From an uncultured Nitrososphaerota archaeon (GTDB lineage: Archaea > Thermoproteota > Nitrososphaeria > Nitrososphaerales > Gagatemarchaeaceae), in NCBI GenBank assembly GCA_963838925.1, contig CAWISW010000003.1, positions 32,001 to 96,000 on the forward strand: a DNA stretch of 64,000 nt. Direction: 5' to 3'. Positions within the stretch are counted from its first letter, which is position 1; each line of letters opens with the position of its first letter. Below, in pieces: positions 49,533 through 60,637 of this stretch. The notes under the pieces are model-generated. The model saw only the letters and a list, made by a program, of their open reading frames with translations. It did not search any database and was not told the DNA's origin. Both the position numbers and the translations under genes were made by a program.

Positions 49533-50435
49533 ATGCGACGGAGCGCGATGGGCGCGGCCGCAGCCGTCGGGGCGGCGATTGTCGTCGTTCTGGTTGTCGG
49601 CGCGGCGGCTTACTTCGTGTTGTCAGCAGGGGGCGGGACTACGTCGGTCTCAACCGTCCCTCCTGCTTCGAGCACGAGCAGCGCCACGTCGTCCGGCGCC
49701 GCGTCCGCCGCTTCTTCGACTATGGCTTCCAGCACGTCCTGCCCTTCCGAGTCGATTCCGTCTACTCTTCCGACCCTCAACGCTAGCTCGCTCATCACTC
49801 CCAGTGTGGTGACTGACTACGCGGCTTTGCTCGGAAACTTCTCGCAGATGTCCATCTCGCTACAGACAAACTCGTCTGCGGCGATTTCTTCGATCACTCC
49901 TACGGGCGCCTTGACCTTGGTCTCCTCCTACCAGGTCGTGGGCAAATCGGGCTCGGGGCCGGCAGAGGTCTACCAGGTCAGCGTGAATCAGCAGGTGCCT
50001 GGCTCGATGAACGAGACTCTCACCGCGTGGGTCCAGGCCAATGGGACGGTGAACGATGTGAACTTCCTCGGTCAGAACGTCACCGGTTCGGAGGGGACGG
50101 ACACCTTTGCGGGCTTCATGTCAGCCTTCACCATCGAGTTGCAAGAGCATGACAACCTCACCGAGTTCACCTCTTCCCCAGCCTCCCATATCGTCAACCA
50201 GACGACGGTGACTCTCGGACCGTCCACCCTGAACGTAACCAACTACGAGGAGACCGGGGCTCCGGTGGCGTTGGCCTCGTGCGTGGCGATTAGCAGCTTC
50301 GTGGTCCAGACAGGGACGCTTCCCGGAATCCCCTTCATCCTAGTGACGTACGAGAACCTTCAGGCCTCCGTCCAGACATCTTCCGGGACCGCGAACACAG
50401 GCCTCATCCTCAAGGTGCTTTCGGTCTCCAAATAG
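49533..50435 (+). CDS. Membrane-anchored Ser/Thr-rich extracellular protein
   Basis: N-terminal TM, Ser/Thr linker, many sequons. Confidence 0.7.
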   Translation: MRRSAMGAAAAVGAAIVVVLVVGAAAYFVLSAGGGTTSVSTVPPASSTSSATSSGAASAASSTMASSTSCPSESIPSTLPTLNASSLITPSVVTDYAALLGNFSQMSISLQTNSSAAISSITPTGALTLVSSYQVVGKSGSGPAEVYQVSVNQQVPGSMNETLTAWVQANGTVNDVNFLGQNVTGSEGTDTFAGFMSAFTIELQEHDNLTEFTSSPASHIVNQTTVTLGPSTLNVTNYEETGAPVALASCVAISSFVVQTGTLPGIPFILVTYENLQASVQTSSGTANTGLILKVLSVSK

Positions 50436-50509
50436 AAAGCATCCTCGGGTCCCTCGTTTTGACCAGACGCCCAGTTCCTCCGGTGTGGTCAGAGCCAAGC
50501 ATTGCCGGG

Positions 50510-52330
50510 TCAGGAAGAGAGATACCTGCGGAGCGTGTCCTCGTTGTTCTCGGCGTGGAAGAAGACCGGGATGTTCTGGGTCGCGGTCGCCTTGAAGCTC
50601 GTAATCAGCCAGTCGCCGTTCTGGAACGCGAGCGTCCGGTCGATGAACGCGTCTCCTATCGCGAAGGTATCGGCGACGAGCTGCCTGTCGTAGGGGCGGG
50701 GCATGGTCGAGATGAAGTAGCTGTGGAGCTGCTGCAGCGCGTTGGTGTTGAGGTGGGCGACTCTCTGCGTGCTGACCCAGCAGAAGAGGTTGTACTTCCT
50801 CCCGTGCCTCAGGAGCCTCTCGACGGCCCTGCTCGACTCGTAGGCGTTGTCGCCCTTCCTAGCGTCCTGAGGGATGAACTCCTGGGCCTCGTCGATGATG
50901 AAGAGGACCTTCGGGGTGAGGCTGAAGCTCTTCTTCCTCCTCCTGAAGACCTGATTGATGACGTCGGCGGTCTGCGCCCTCGCGTCCTCAGCCTCGGGGA
51001 GGTTGATCACGAAGACTCGCGGGGAGTCCTTTTCTGCGGACATTATCTCGTCGGGGAGGGTCTCCCACGGCGACTTTTCCACCGCGTCCGCGGGCGCCGT
51101 GTCCTGAACGACCTTGCTGAGGCCGTCGAAGGTCTTCTTCAGCTGGCTGTTGGCGGGCAGGTCCGCGGTCAGGGTCTCGATCTGCGAGATCAGCTTCTTG
51201 GTCCTCGAGTCGAACCTGCTCTCCGCGGTGAGCCCCTCCTTGGACATGAAGTCCTTGATCCTGCTGATCACGAGGGGCACCAGTATCTTCTGCTGGACAG
51301 CGCCGTACTTGTCGTTGAGGGTGCTCGTGAGGATCTCGACCAGGCCGCCGTAGGTGCTATAGTGCTCCACCTCCTCGTGCCCCTCGCTGGGGAGCTCGGC
51401 GAAGACGACCTTGCCGTCGTCGAAGAGCTTGGCGATCTTCTTCTCGAACTCCTCCTCGAGGTCGGAGACCGCCTCTGGGCAGACGTGCCGCTTGAAGTAC
51501 TCGCCCGCCTTGTCCTTCGAGTCCGCGAAGGAGTCGGTGAAGAAGACCTTGCTCGGGTATTCGTTGAGGACGTCTATGATGTGCATGCCGTACTCGGAGG
51601 AGACGTCGAGTATCACGACCTTAAGGTCGGGGATGACCTTCAGGGCCTTGCGGATGACCGTGGCGGTGAGGTTGGACTTGCCGCTTCCCGTGAACGCGAA
51701 CACCCCAACGTGGAAGTGGATGAGGTGCTCGATGTCCATCGTGAAGGGTATCGTCTCGTCGATGACCCCGAGCAGGTGGCCGAATTGGTAGTCCCGGGGC
51801 TCCTTTCCCGCGGGCACCCTGTAGCAAATGAGCCTCTCGACGAAGTCGCGGCTCAGCAGCCTCACCGGGCTCCCGGTGAGCGGGGCGTAGGGCTTCCTCT
51901 CGAACGCCAGGGACCCGTCGTCCTTCTCCTTCATCACGTACCCGACCGGGGCGGCGACTATCTCGATCCAAGTGCTCTTCGAGCCCTTCTCCCACTCGCT
52001 CTCGATGAGCTCCATGAACTCCCGGCGTATCGCGGAGGGCTGGGACATGTCGAGCGTGAGCATCGAGTAGTGCATGGGGAAGACGTCGGCGATTTCGTAG
52101 ATCGAGTAGAAGTTGTCCGTCCCGATGGTCTGGACGTTGGGGACGGCGACCAGCTGCCCGGTAGCCAGCTTCTTTATGACGGCTGGGGTGTATTCGCACT
52201 CTATCCTCGCGGTGCTGAAGGTCACCGTCGAGTCCCCGTCCGCCGACTGCCTGGTCGTGGAGACTATCTCTCTGAGCTTCGCCCTGAACTCCCCGCCCAG
52301 GTCGTCAAAGACGGCTTTGGAGGCCGGCAA
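50510..52330 (-). CDS. HerA-like ATPase/helicase
   Basis: N-terminal barrel-like region, HVGVFAFTGSGKSN, ILDVSSEY, FIIDEAQEF, RHGRKY, STQR. Confidence 0.88.
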   Translation of the reverse strand: MPASKAVFDDLGGEFRAKLREIVSTTRQSADGDSTVTFSTARIECEYTPAVIKKLATGQLVAVPNVQTIGTDNFYSIYEIADVFPMHYSMLTLDMSQPSAIRREFMELIESEWEKGSKSTWIEIVAAPVGYVMKEKDDGSLAFERKPYAPLTGSPVRLLSRDFVERLICYRVPAGKEPRDYQFGHLLGVIDETIPFTMDIEHLIHFHVGVFAFTGSGKSNLTATVIRKALKVIPDLKVVILDVSSEYGMHIIDVLNEYPSKVFFTDSFADSKDKAGEYFKRHVCPEAVSDLEEEFEKKIAKLFDDGKVVFAELPSEGHEEVEHYSTYGGLVEILTSTLNDKYGAVQQKILVPLVISRIKDFMSKEGLTAESRFDSRTKKLISQIETLTADLPANSQLKKTFDGLSKVVQDTAPADAVEKSPWETLPDEIMSAEKDSPRVFVINLPEAEDARAQTADVINQVFRRRKKSFSLTPKVLFIIDEAQEFIPQDARKGDNAYESSRAVERLLRHGRKYNLFCWVSTQRVAHLNTNALQQLHSYFISTMPRPYDRQLVADTFAIGDAFIDRTLAFQNGDWLITSFKATATQNIPVFFHAENNEDTLRRYLSS

Positions 52331-52332
52331 GC

Positions 52333-54195
52333 CTACGCTCCGCTCCCGCTTCGTCGCTTCGCCTCCACCTGGCTCCGGTAGTCCCTGAACCGCTGGGAGA
52401 AGAGGACCTGCTGGTCGAGCTCCGACTTCGCCATCTCGACCGCGACCGCGCCGGCGTAGGCCTCCTTGTTCTGCTTGAGGACGAACTTCGCCTTCTTGTC
52501 AGCGAGGAAGAGGGGGTAGTTGTGCCCCAGGGCCTCGGGTATCACCTCCCCCGACATCTGGAAGAGGATGGTCATCGCCAGATTGGTCATTCGCGACTCC
52601 TCACGCAGGTTGAGGACTGGGCTGATCTTCTCGTCGATTTGATTGTCCTCGTTGTGGACCACGAGGTCGCCCCAGTGGTCGTACGCCGCGTATGCGGGGC
52701 GGTCGAAGGTGAAGACGTGGCTCCTCACGCTGGGGTCGTTCTTGCTGCTCCAGAGCTGGATGTACGTCTTCACGAACAGCCGCTCGGGATAGATCACGTT
52801 CCTGTACGCGCCGCGCACCCGCGCCTCCCCCTTCGGGAGGGCGTCGTCGGGGACGGGCACCATCGTCCTGAACGCGGCGTCGATGTCCAAGCTGTGCCAG
52901 GGCGTGGGGACTTCCCCCGAGTTGACCACGCTGTTGGTCTGCAGGAGCATCTTGTCGCTGTTGAAGTTGGGGAGGTCGTGGTCCAGCTTCGCCAGGCCGG
53001 ACGCCCTCAGGACGGGGACAACCGTCTTCACCAGCTCCGACGCGCCCGAGTCCTTCGTGAGCCCTACCGGGAGGAGGTGCTCCGACCAAGCCCTGCGCGT
53101 CAGCTCGAGGACGAGGACGAGGACCATGAAGTCGAGGTCGTCCGCCGTGATCCAGCGCTCCTCTGCGCCTCCCGTCTTGATCCTCAAGGGGTGCTCGGCC
53201 TTCGGGTTGAACACGTGTTCGCAGACGTCGAGGGCGGCACCGACCACCCTGCCCCAGTAGTCCTTGACGCCGCGGTCTAGCTTGAACTTTTGTTCGCCCT
53301 CTGCGGTCCCGCTCCTCCCGAAGAGGTGGAACTCCGCGTCGAGCTCCCTGAGCTCCTGGCGCAGGCGCGGGACGTGGCTGTCGTCGACGGCCAGCCGCTC
53401 GGCAATCTGGCCGAGTGTGAGCTCCTCTCCCCCGAAGAGGCACGAGACGGCCGCGAACTTCAGGAGCTGGCTCCTCGGCGAGGGGATCTTGAGGTCCTTG
53501 TTCGCCACGAGCATCCTCGCGAGCTCGAGGTCGAAGCCGGTCACGCTCCCGAAGCGAGTGACCCTCCCCTCCAAGACGGAGAGGTGGTTCCTGACGAGGT
53601 CCCTGGTGCTCCAGACGAGGTGGGCGACGTCCCCCGCGAGCGGCCTGTCGAGGAGGACGACCTTCAGCCTGGGGTCGGAGGAGACCGCCTTGACCGCGAT
53701 GTAGTACTCTGCGAGGTGCATTATCGCGTTGGGGAGGCGCTCCGTCTCGACCTCGGTGCCGGACTCCGTCCTCTGCCCGAAGACGGTGGCCGCGTCCTCC
53801 TCCGAGAGAGGGATCGACGCCGAGACCGCCTCGGAAGACTGGTTCATGGGAGCAGGGTCCCCGACCTCGACGCGGTCATCTAGGAAGCTCAACCGTCCGG
53901 AGTATCCAAAAGCGCCCACGTAGAACACGAGGAGGTCAAGCTTCTGGTCGACCGAGTATGTCCCGTCGATGGCGACGTACTCGACGGAATCGCCTCCGAA
54001 GAAGGTCCGCGCGGTGGAGCTCGCCGAAGCCTGGTCGACTCCGAAGCGCAGGAGCTCCCTGACGTCCTCGCCGGCGGTCAGCTTGAGCTGGTCAGTCTTC
54101 GCCTTGAACGACTTTAGGAGGAAGCGCGTGGAGTTGCGGACCTCCTCTATGGTCCTCGCCTCGAGCCCGGGGAGGTCGGAAGAGCCGGAGGACAA
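52333..54195 (-). CDS. Large NurA-like nuclease with internal HTH-like insertion
   Basis: YVAIDGT, VVLLDRPL, VGLTKDS, GHNYPLFLADKKA; directly upstream of herA. Confidence 0.75.
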   Translation of the reverse strand: MSSGSSDLPGLEARTIEEVRNSTRFLLKSFKAKTDQLKLTAGEDVRELLRFGVDQASASSTARTFFGGDSVEYVAIDGTYSVDQKLDLLVFYVGAFGYSGRLSFLDDRVEVGDPAPMNQSSEAVSASIPLSEEDAATVFGQRTESGTEVETERLPNAIMHLAEYYIAVKAVSSDPRLKVVLLDRPLAGDVAHLVWSTRDLVRNHLSVLEGRVTRFGSVTGFDLELARMLVANKDLKIPSPRSQLLKFAAVSCLFGGEELTLGQIAERLAVDDSHVPRLRQELRELDAEFHLFGRSGTAEGEQKFKLDRGVKDYWGRVVGAALDVCEHVFNPKAEHPLRIKTGGAEERWITADDLDFMVLVLVLELTRRAWSEHLLPVGLTKDSGASELVKTVVPVLRASGLAKLDHDLPNFNSDKMLLQTNSVVNSGEVPTPWHSLDIDAAFRTMVPVPDDALPKGEARVRGAYRNVIYPERLFVKTYIQLWSSKNDPSVRSHVFTFDRPAYAAYDHWGDLVVHNEDNQIDEKISPVLNLREESRMTNLAMTILFQMSGEVIPEALGHNYPLFLADKKAKFVLKQNKEAYAGAVAVEMAKSELDQQVLFSQRFRDYRSQVEAKRRSGSGA

Positions 54196-54224
54196 GGCGT
54201 GGATTACGAAGAAACCAATCCGGT

Positions 54225-54704
54225 TTAAGCTTTGGTCTTCTTGGAAGGGGCCTTCTTCGTCTTTGTCGTCGCCTTCTTCTTCGAGCGGAAGACGAACTTG
54301 AGCAGCGGCTCGCTGATCCCGATGGCGTCCCGCGTCGAGATGATTCCCACGGGCGTCCCGTTCTTCTCGATCACCGGAAGATGCCTGACGTTCTCCTTCA
54401 TCATCCTCTCGAGCGCGGTGAGTACGCTCTCGTTGGGCGTCGCCATGATGGACGTCTTGGACATTATTCCCGAGACGGGCACCTGCCGACCGATAAGCGA
54501 CTTGGTCACGGCGAAGACGATGTCGCTCGCTGTGAGTATGCCTGCCATCTTGCCTTCCTTGTCGACCACTATGACGCTGCCGATTCTCTTTTCCCACATC
54601 GTCGAGGCCGCGTCGTCGATGATCGTGTCTTCGCTGACGACTACTGGGGGCGCCTCCATGAAGTCCCTCACCTTTGCGCTGAGATGGTCTGGGCTCTTGG
54701 ACAA
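54225..54704 (-). CDS. CBS-pair protein
   Basis: VRDFM...IGSVIVVD..GILT; VRHLPVI..VGIISTRD. Confidence 0.9.
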   Translation of the reverse strand: MSKSPDHLSAKVRDFMEAPPVVVSEDTIIDDAASTMWEKRIGSVIVVDKEGKMAGILTASDIVFAVTKSLIGRQVPVSGIMSKTSIMATPNESVLTALERMMKENVRHLPVIEKNGTPVGIISTRDAIGISEPLLKFVFRSKKKATTKTKKAPSKKTKA

Positions 54705-54757
54705 CTGAGCCCCAAGGGGGTTTTGTCACATATAATAGTTCGTCCCCCGCAAGGCGC

Positions 54758-54940
54758 GTGATGAGGTCCCAAGCGATCCTCGGGGTCGTCCTGGTCCTTG
54801 CTGGACTGGGGGTCCTCTACCTGCTGCGCAAGGTCTTCCTCGACCTGATACTGCTCGTCCTGGGCTTCATCGGGGTCCTTGTGGGCCTTGGCCTGGTCGC
54901 GGGCGGGCTTGCGATGCTGTTCTGGTCCCAGCGCCGCTAG
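54758..54940 (+). CDS. Small two-TM membrane protein
   Basis: Hydrophobic 60-aa ORF with upstream TATA-like box. Confidence 0.6.
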   Translation: MMRSQAILGVVLVLAGLGVLYLLRKVFLDLILLVLGFIGVLVGLGLVAGGLAMLFWSQRR

Positions 54941-54948
54941 CGGGGCGC

Positions 54949-55791
54949 CTAGGTCACGCGCTTGGCGACGTCCATGTTCCTGAAGTAGGCCAGGGCTATG
55001 CACACCGTGGAGAGGAAGTAGACCGCTATCAGGAGGGCCGAGACGCCTATCGAGGGCTCTACGGGCGTCGCCGCGAACCGGAATATGGTCTGGACCGCGC
55101 TCGGGAACTTCGGCTCGGCGAGGAGCAGCGGGAGCGCGTCCACCGGCGACGTCGGGAGGTAGTAGTTTGCCACCTTGTAGATGCCGGTCCCCGTCAGGGT
55201 GTAGAGTATGTTGAGGAACGTGCCGACCACCTCGCTGGTAAGGAAGACGGAGGCGGAGAGGATGTAAGAGAGGGACGACCTCCTCATCAGCTCTCCGACC
55301 ATGAAAGCGAACGAGTAGAAGACCAGCGCGGCGAACACCTGGGCCACGAGGATCGTTGGCAGGATGCCCAGCTCCTGCTGCGGGCCGAAGACGAAGGTCG
55401 CTGATGATATGCTGAGGATGACGTCCAGGAGCACTATCCCGACTACGAGCGAGTAGCCCCCGAGGTACTTGCCGAAGAAGTACTCCTCCCTCGATACGGG
55501 CTTCGAGAGGAGGACCTCGGCGGTCCCCTGCTCGTACTCCTCGGACATCGAGCCGGCGGCGATGAGGAGCGCGGTGAACTGGAGGAAGAACGCTTGGGGG
55601 AGGAAGACCCCGAGTATCCACAGGTAGGGGCGGAGGGGAGGCGTGATCAGGGAGGTGTGGGTCGCGTCCAGGGCGTAGTAGGGCGCGATGGCGATTAGGA
55701 CTGTGAGCGCGACGAGCGCGAGGACCTTCTTCCGCGCCACGGCGCGTCGGACCTCGTAGCGCGCAAACGTGAGAACCCTGGCGGCCCTCAT
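54949..55791 (-). CDS. ABC-2 type permease
   Basis: SEEYEQGTAEVLLSKPVSR...GKYLG. Confidence 0.88.
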   Translation of the reverse strand: MRAARVLTFARYEVRRAVARKKVLALVALTVLIAIAPYYALDATHTSLITPPLRPYLWILGVFLPQAFFLQFTALLIAAGSMSEEYEQGTAEVLLSKPVSREEYFFGKYLGGYSLVVGIVLLDVILSISSATFVFGPQQELGILPTILVAQVFAALVFYSFAFMVGELMRRSSLSYILSASVFLTSEVVGTFLNILYTLTGTGIYKVANYYLPTSPVDALPLLLAEPKFPSAVQTIFRFAATPVEPSIGVSALLIAVYFLSTVCIALAYFRNMDVAKRVT

Positions 55792-56741
55792 GGGGTCGGC
55801 GTCCCCCTTATCGCGCTGATGTATGCCTCGTCCAGCTCGCTCCTGGAGTAGCCCAGGCCGACGAGCTTCGCCCCTGACTCCACGACCAGCCTAGAGATCT
55901 CGGCCCTCGGGTCGGAGTTGGTCTCCACCTCGACCAGGAGGCCGGCGGAGGTAGCGGTGACGCTCTTCACCCCGCCCAGCGATGAGATCCGCCCGAGGAG
56001 GGGGCTGCCCGTCGCTGCCGTCGCCGGAGCGTCCTCGATCTCGACCAGGATGGAACGCGAGCTCAGTCGTTCGCGGATGAACGCCTGGATCCCTCCCCTG
56101 AAGAGGATCTTCCCGGAGTGGATCACGACGAGGCTGGTGCAGAGCGACTCCACCTCTGAGAGGATGTGGGAGGACATCACGATCGTCCCGCCGCCCTTCA
56201 CGAAGTCCCTGAAGATCGACCTGAACTTCACGACCCCGGCGGGGTCGATGCCTATCATGGGCTCGTCGAGGATGAGCACCTTCGGGGACCCCATCATCGC
56301 CTGCGCGACGCTGAGCCTCTGGACCATCCCCTTGCTCAGCTTGGCTATCTTGTAGTCCTGGTACTGGATGAGGCCGACGTCCTCGAGGAGGACGGGGAGC
56401 TGGTCGCTGGTCTCCTTGCGGCCGAGCCCGAGCTCCTTCGCCGTTAGCCTGAGGAGCTCCTTGGGCGTCAGGAAGGACTGGAGGTTCGGCAGCTCGGGCG
56501 AGTATCCCACGAGCTCTAGGGCGCGGACGTGGTCGTGGAGGGGGTCCCTCTGCATCAGCCTCACCGTCCCCGAGGTGGGCTTGATCAGGCCTAGGAGCAT
56601 CCTGATGGTGGTGGACTTGCCCGAGCCGTTGGGGCCCAGGAACCCCACTATCTCCCCGCTCCCCACGGAGAAGGAGACGGGGCCGATCTCCTTAGGGCCG
56701 TAGTCCTTGACCGCCTCGTCGAAGCTGATCACGGCGTCCAT
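55788..56741 (-). CDS. ABC transporter ATPase
   Basis: GPNGSGKST, LSKGMVQR, LDEPMIGID, SSH. Confidence 0.92.
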   Translation of the reverse strand: MDAVISFDEAVKDYGPKEIGPVSFSVGSGEIVGFLGPNGSGKSTTIRMLLGLIKPTSGTVRLMQRDPLHDHVRALELVGYSPELPNLQSFLTPKELLRLTAKELGLGRKETSDQLPVLLEDVGLIQYQDYKIAKLSKGMVQRLSVAQAMMGSPKVLILDEPMIGIDPAGVVKFRSIFRDFVKGGGTIVMSSHILSEVESLCTSLVVIHSGKILFRGGIQAFIRERLSSRSILVEIEDAPATAATGSPLLGRISSLGGVKSVTATSAGLLVEVETNSDPRAEISRLVVESGAKLVGLGYSRSELDEAYISAIRGTPTP

Positions 56742-56805
56742 GGTCGTTGCTCTCTCAATCTCGGGATGACTGCAAGTAGGCTCGAGGATGCGGCCGGTCC
56801 GTCCT

Positions 56806-57519
56806 TCAATCTACCCAGTGGTCGGGTTTCGAGGTTCCGGTGGAGGCTTGCTTCCTCTTCATCCTGACCCCCAGTGAAAGCGCGACGGCTCCAGCGGCGA
56901 GGGATGCCCCTATGCCCACAGTAGCGGCCTGGAGCGCGGGCGCCGCCGCTGCGGCGCTCAAGCCGAGAGAGGTCGAGGTCAGGGTCGCAGAGACGCTTCC
57001 GCTGGTCGACTGGGCAGAGACCGAGTAGACCAGGTCAGACGGGAATGCCGAGACGGTGCCGCTGATGGTCTGAGTCCCGTTGGCGGAGGTGACGGTGGCC
57101 GAGAAAGCGTAATCCGAGAGGGTGTATGCCTTGCCCTGGAAGGTCGCCTGCGAGGTGCCTTGCTGCGAGATCTTCGCCGCGACGGAGTAGGACTTGCCCG
57201 CGTAGGTGTAGTTCTCGTTCGAGATGGCAGGTAGGTAGGGGAAGAGGGTCAGCGAGGCGTTGACGACGTGAGAGTAGGTGAAGTTGCTCGCCGTCCCCTG
57301 CACCGCCAGCAGGATGATCGACTCGCCCGCCGTCGAGCTTGGGCTGACCGTCTCAGTCACTGAAGCGGTCAGCGTGGTCCCGTTCTGGGTCGCCTGGACG
57401 CCATAAGTGACGTATCCGGACGACTGCGAAGAGGCGCCGGTCGTGCTCGCCGCCTGGGCAATCGGCACCAGGGCGAGAAGCGCGATGGCTGCGAGCATTA
57501 GGCCTACGCTGAGCTTCAA
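56806..57519 (-). CDS. Secreted protein with C-terminal TM and KPDHWVD tail
   Basis: Signal peptide, beta-rich body, C-terminal anchor. Confidence 0.65.
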   Translation of the reverse strand: MKLSVGLMLAAIALLALVPIAQAASTTGASSQSSGYVTYGVQATQNGTTLTASVTETVSPSSTAGESIILLAVQGTASNFTYSHVVNASLTLFPYLPAISNENYTYAGKSYSVAAKISQQGTSQATFQGKAYTLSDYAFSATVTSANGTQTISGTVSAFPSDLVYSVSAQSTSGSVSATLTSTSLGLSAAAAAPALQAATVGIGASLAAGAVALSLGVRMKRKQASTGTSKPDHWVD

Positions 57520-57575
57520 ACTGGCCCTGCACGTCGTCGGTCCCTGATAAGGGTTGGGGACGGGGCTCGTGCCGC

Positions 57576-58088
57576 CTAGCTTGGGGGAATGAGCGCGGGC
57601 TTCAGATGGGGGGCTGCCACCATCACGGCGGCGATTACCGCGAAGAGGATTATTGCCAGCGACGCGGCGGGGAACTCGGGCGCCGGATTGGTGGAGGCGC
57701 CAGTCACGATGACTGTTCCCGACATCCAGGAGTGGTAGGCGCACGTGTACGTGTAGGTGCCGGGGACGGTGAACGTGAAGGAGTAGGACTTGCCCGCGGG
57801 AATCTCGCCCGACCCCGTCCCCCACCCGCTGCCGGCTGGCACGTTCTCGGGGCTCACCGTGTGTGCATCTACGTCTGTGTTGTTCCACGTCACGGTGTTG
57901 TTCACGCCGATGACGACGGTGATCGTGTCGGGAGAGTAGCCGGGGGCCCCGCTCGCTTGGCCTGCCCCGTTGGGTATCGTCACCACCACCGTGGACTGGG
58001 CGTGCGCGAAAGGCAGCGCGAGCGCAAGCCCTGAGAGGACAAAGAGCGCCAGAGCGCCAATCATGAGAGAGACTCTTGCTGTCGTCAT
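57576..58088 (-). CDS. Cupredoxin (plastocyanin/azurin-like) with PEF-type C-terminal sorting signal
   Basis: VTWNNTDVDAHTV, YTCAYHSWMSG type 1 Cu ligands, APEFP followed by TM. Confidence 0.88.
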   Translation of the reverse strand: MTTARVSLMIGALALFVLSGLALALPFAHAQSTVVVTIPNGAGQASGAPGYSPDTITVVIGVNNTVTWNNTDVDAHTVSPENVPAGSGWGTGSGEIPAGKSYSFTFTVPGTYTYTCAYHSWMSGTVIVTGASTNPAPEFPAASLAIILFAVIAAVMVAAPHLKPALIPPS

Positions 58089-58210
58089 CGAAGCCGTCCA
58101 GGAACGCTGGGGTCGTTTATTCTTTTTGCCCCGAATCTGCCAATCTTAACACGGACGAGGCGTCGCAGCCGCGAAGGGCTAATAGAGGGAAGGTGCCCGA
58201 AGAGGCAGCC

Positions 58211-58825
58211 ATGAAGAAGAAGACCCCTTTGCGGCGACGCAAGGTCCTCAAGGCCAGCGAGCAGGACCTGGTCAAAGAGACAGTCTCGAAGGCGACGGGG
58301 GTTCACTTCGAGGTCGTCGCGCCCCACCCGGCATTCCCCCTCGCGGTCGACCGGCTCGACTGGTTCATGAGGTGCCGCAACAGGGACGAGATCCCGCTGG
58401 CGCCCTACCTCAACGCCATATGGAAGGAGAGGGGCGTGGGCATCTGGCTCGAGTCGCTCGCCCTGGGCGACACGATAGACTGGATCGAGCTCGCGTACGG
58501 GGAGGAGCAGGCCGGCAAGTCGCTCGACCTGGACTACTCGCGCTTCGACGACCCCGCATTCCAGGCGGAGTTCAAGGAGAAGTTCCCGATAGTCCTGGAG
58601 AGGATCAGGGAATACGAGGCTGTCGCGGCAGGAATCTCGAAGAAGAGGGGCGTGCACGTCGAGATTCGGCGCGCGGGCTCCAAAGGGATGCTGGTCTTCG
58701 CGGTGGCGGCCCGCGTGGAGACCGCCAGGGGCGCGTCCCAGGCGGTGCAGCGAAACGCCCTCCGTAAGGGCGTGTCCGCGCTCAGGGAAGCTTACGCAGA
58801 GATATCGAAGCCCTCGACGCTGTGA
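58211..58825 (+). CDS. Hypothetical protein
   Basis: Host-like codon usage; no recognised motif. Confidence 0.6.
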   Translation: MKKKTPLRRRKVLKASEQDLVKETVSKATGVHFEVVAPHPAFPLAVDRLDWFMRCRNRDEIPLAPYLNAIWKERGVGIWLESLALGDTIDWIELAYGEEQAGKSLDLDYSRFDDPAFQAEFKEKFPIVLERIREYEAVAAGISKKRGVHVEIRRAGSKGMLVFAVAARVETARGASQAVQRNALRKGVSALREAYAEISKPSTL

Positions 58826-58835
58826 CGCGGCGCGC

Positions 58836-60602
<1,767 letters not shown>

Positions 60603-60637
60603 CTAAGTTATCGAAACGACATAGTTTCTCGGGAATC

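Noticed and set aside
52333-54729. 798-aa CBS-NurA fusion
   Set aside because: The CBS gene is in another frame with its own stop at 54225; the extension is an off-frame read, and NurA likely starts at 54195
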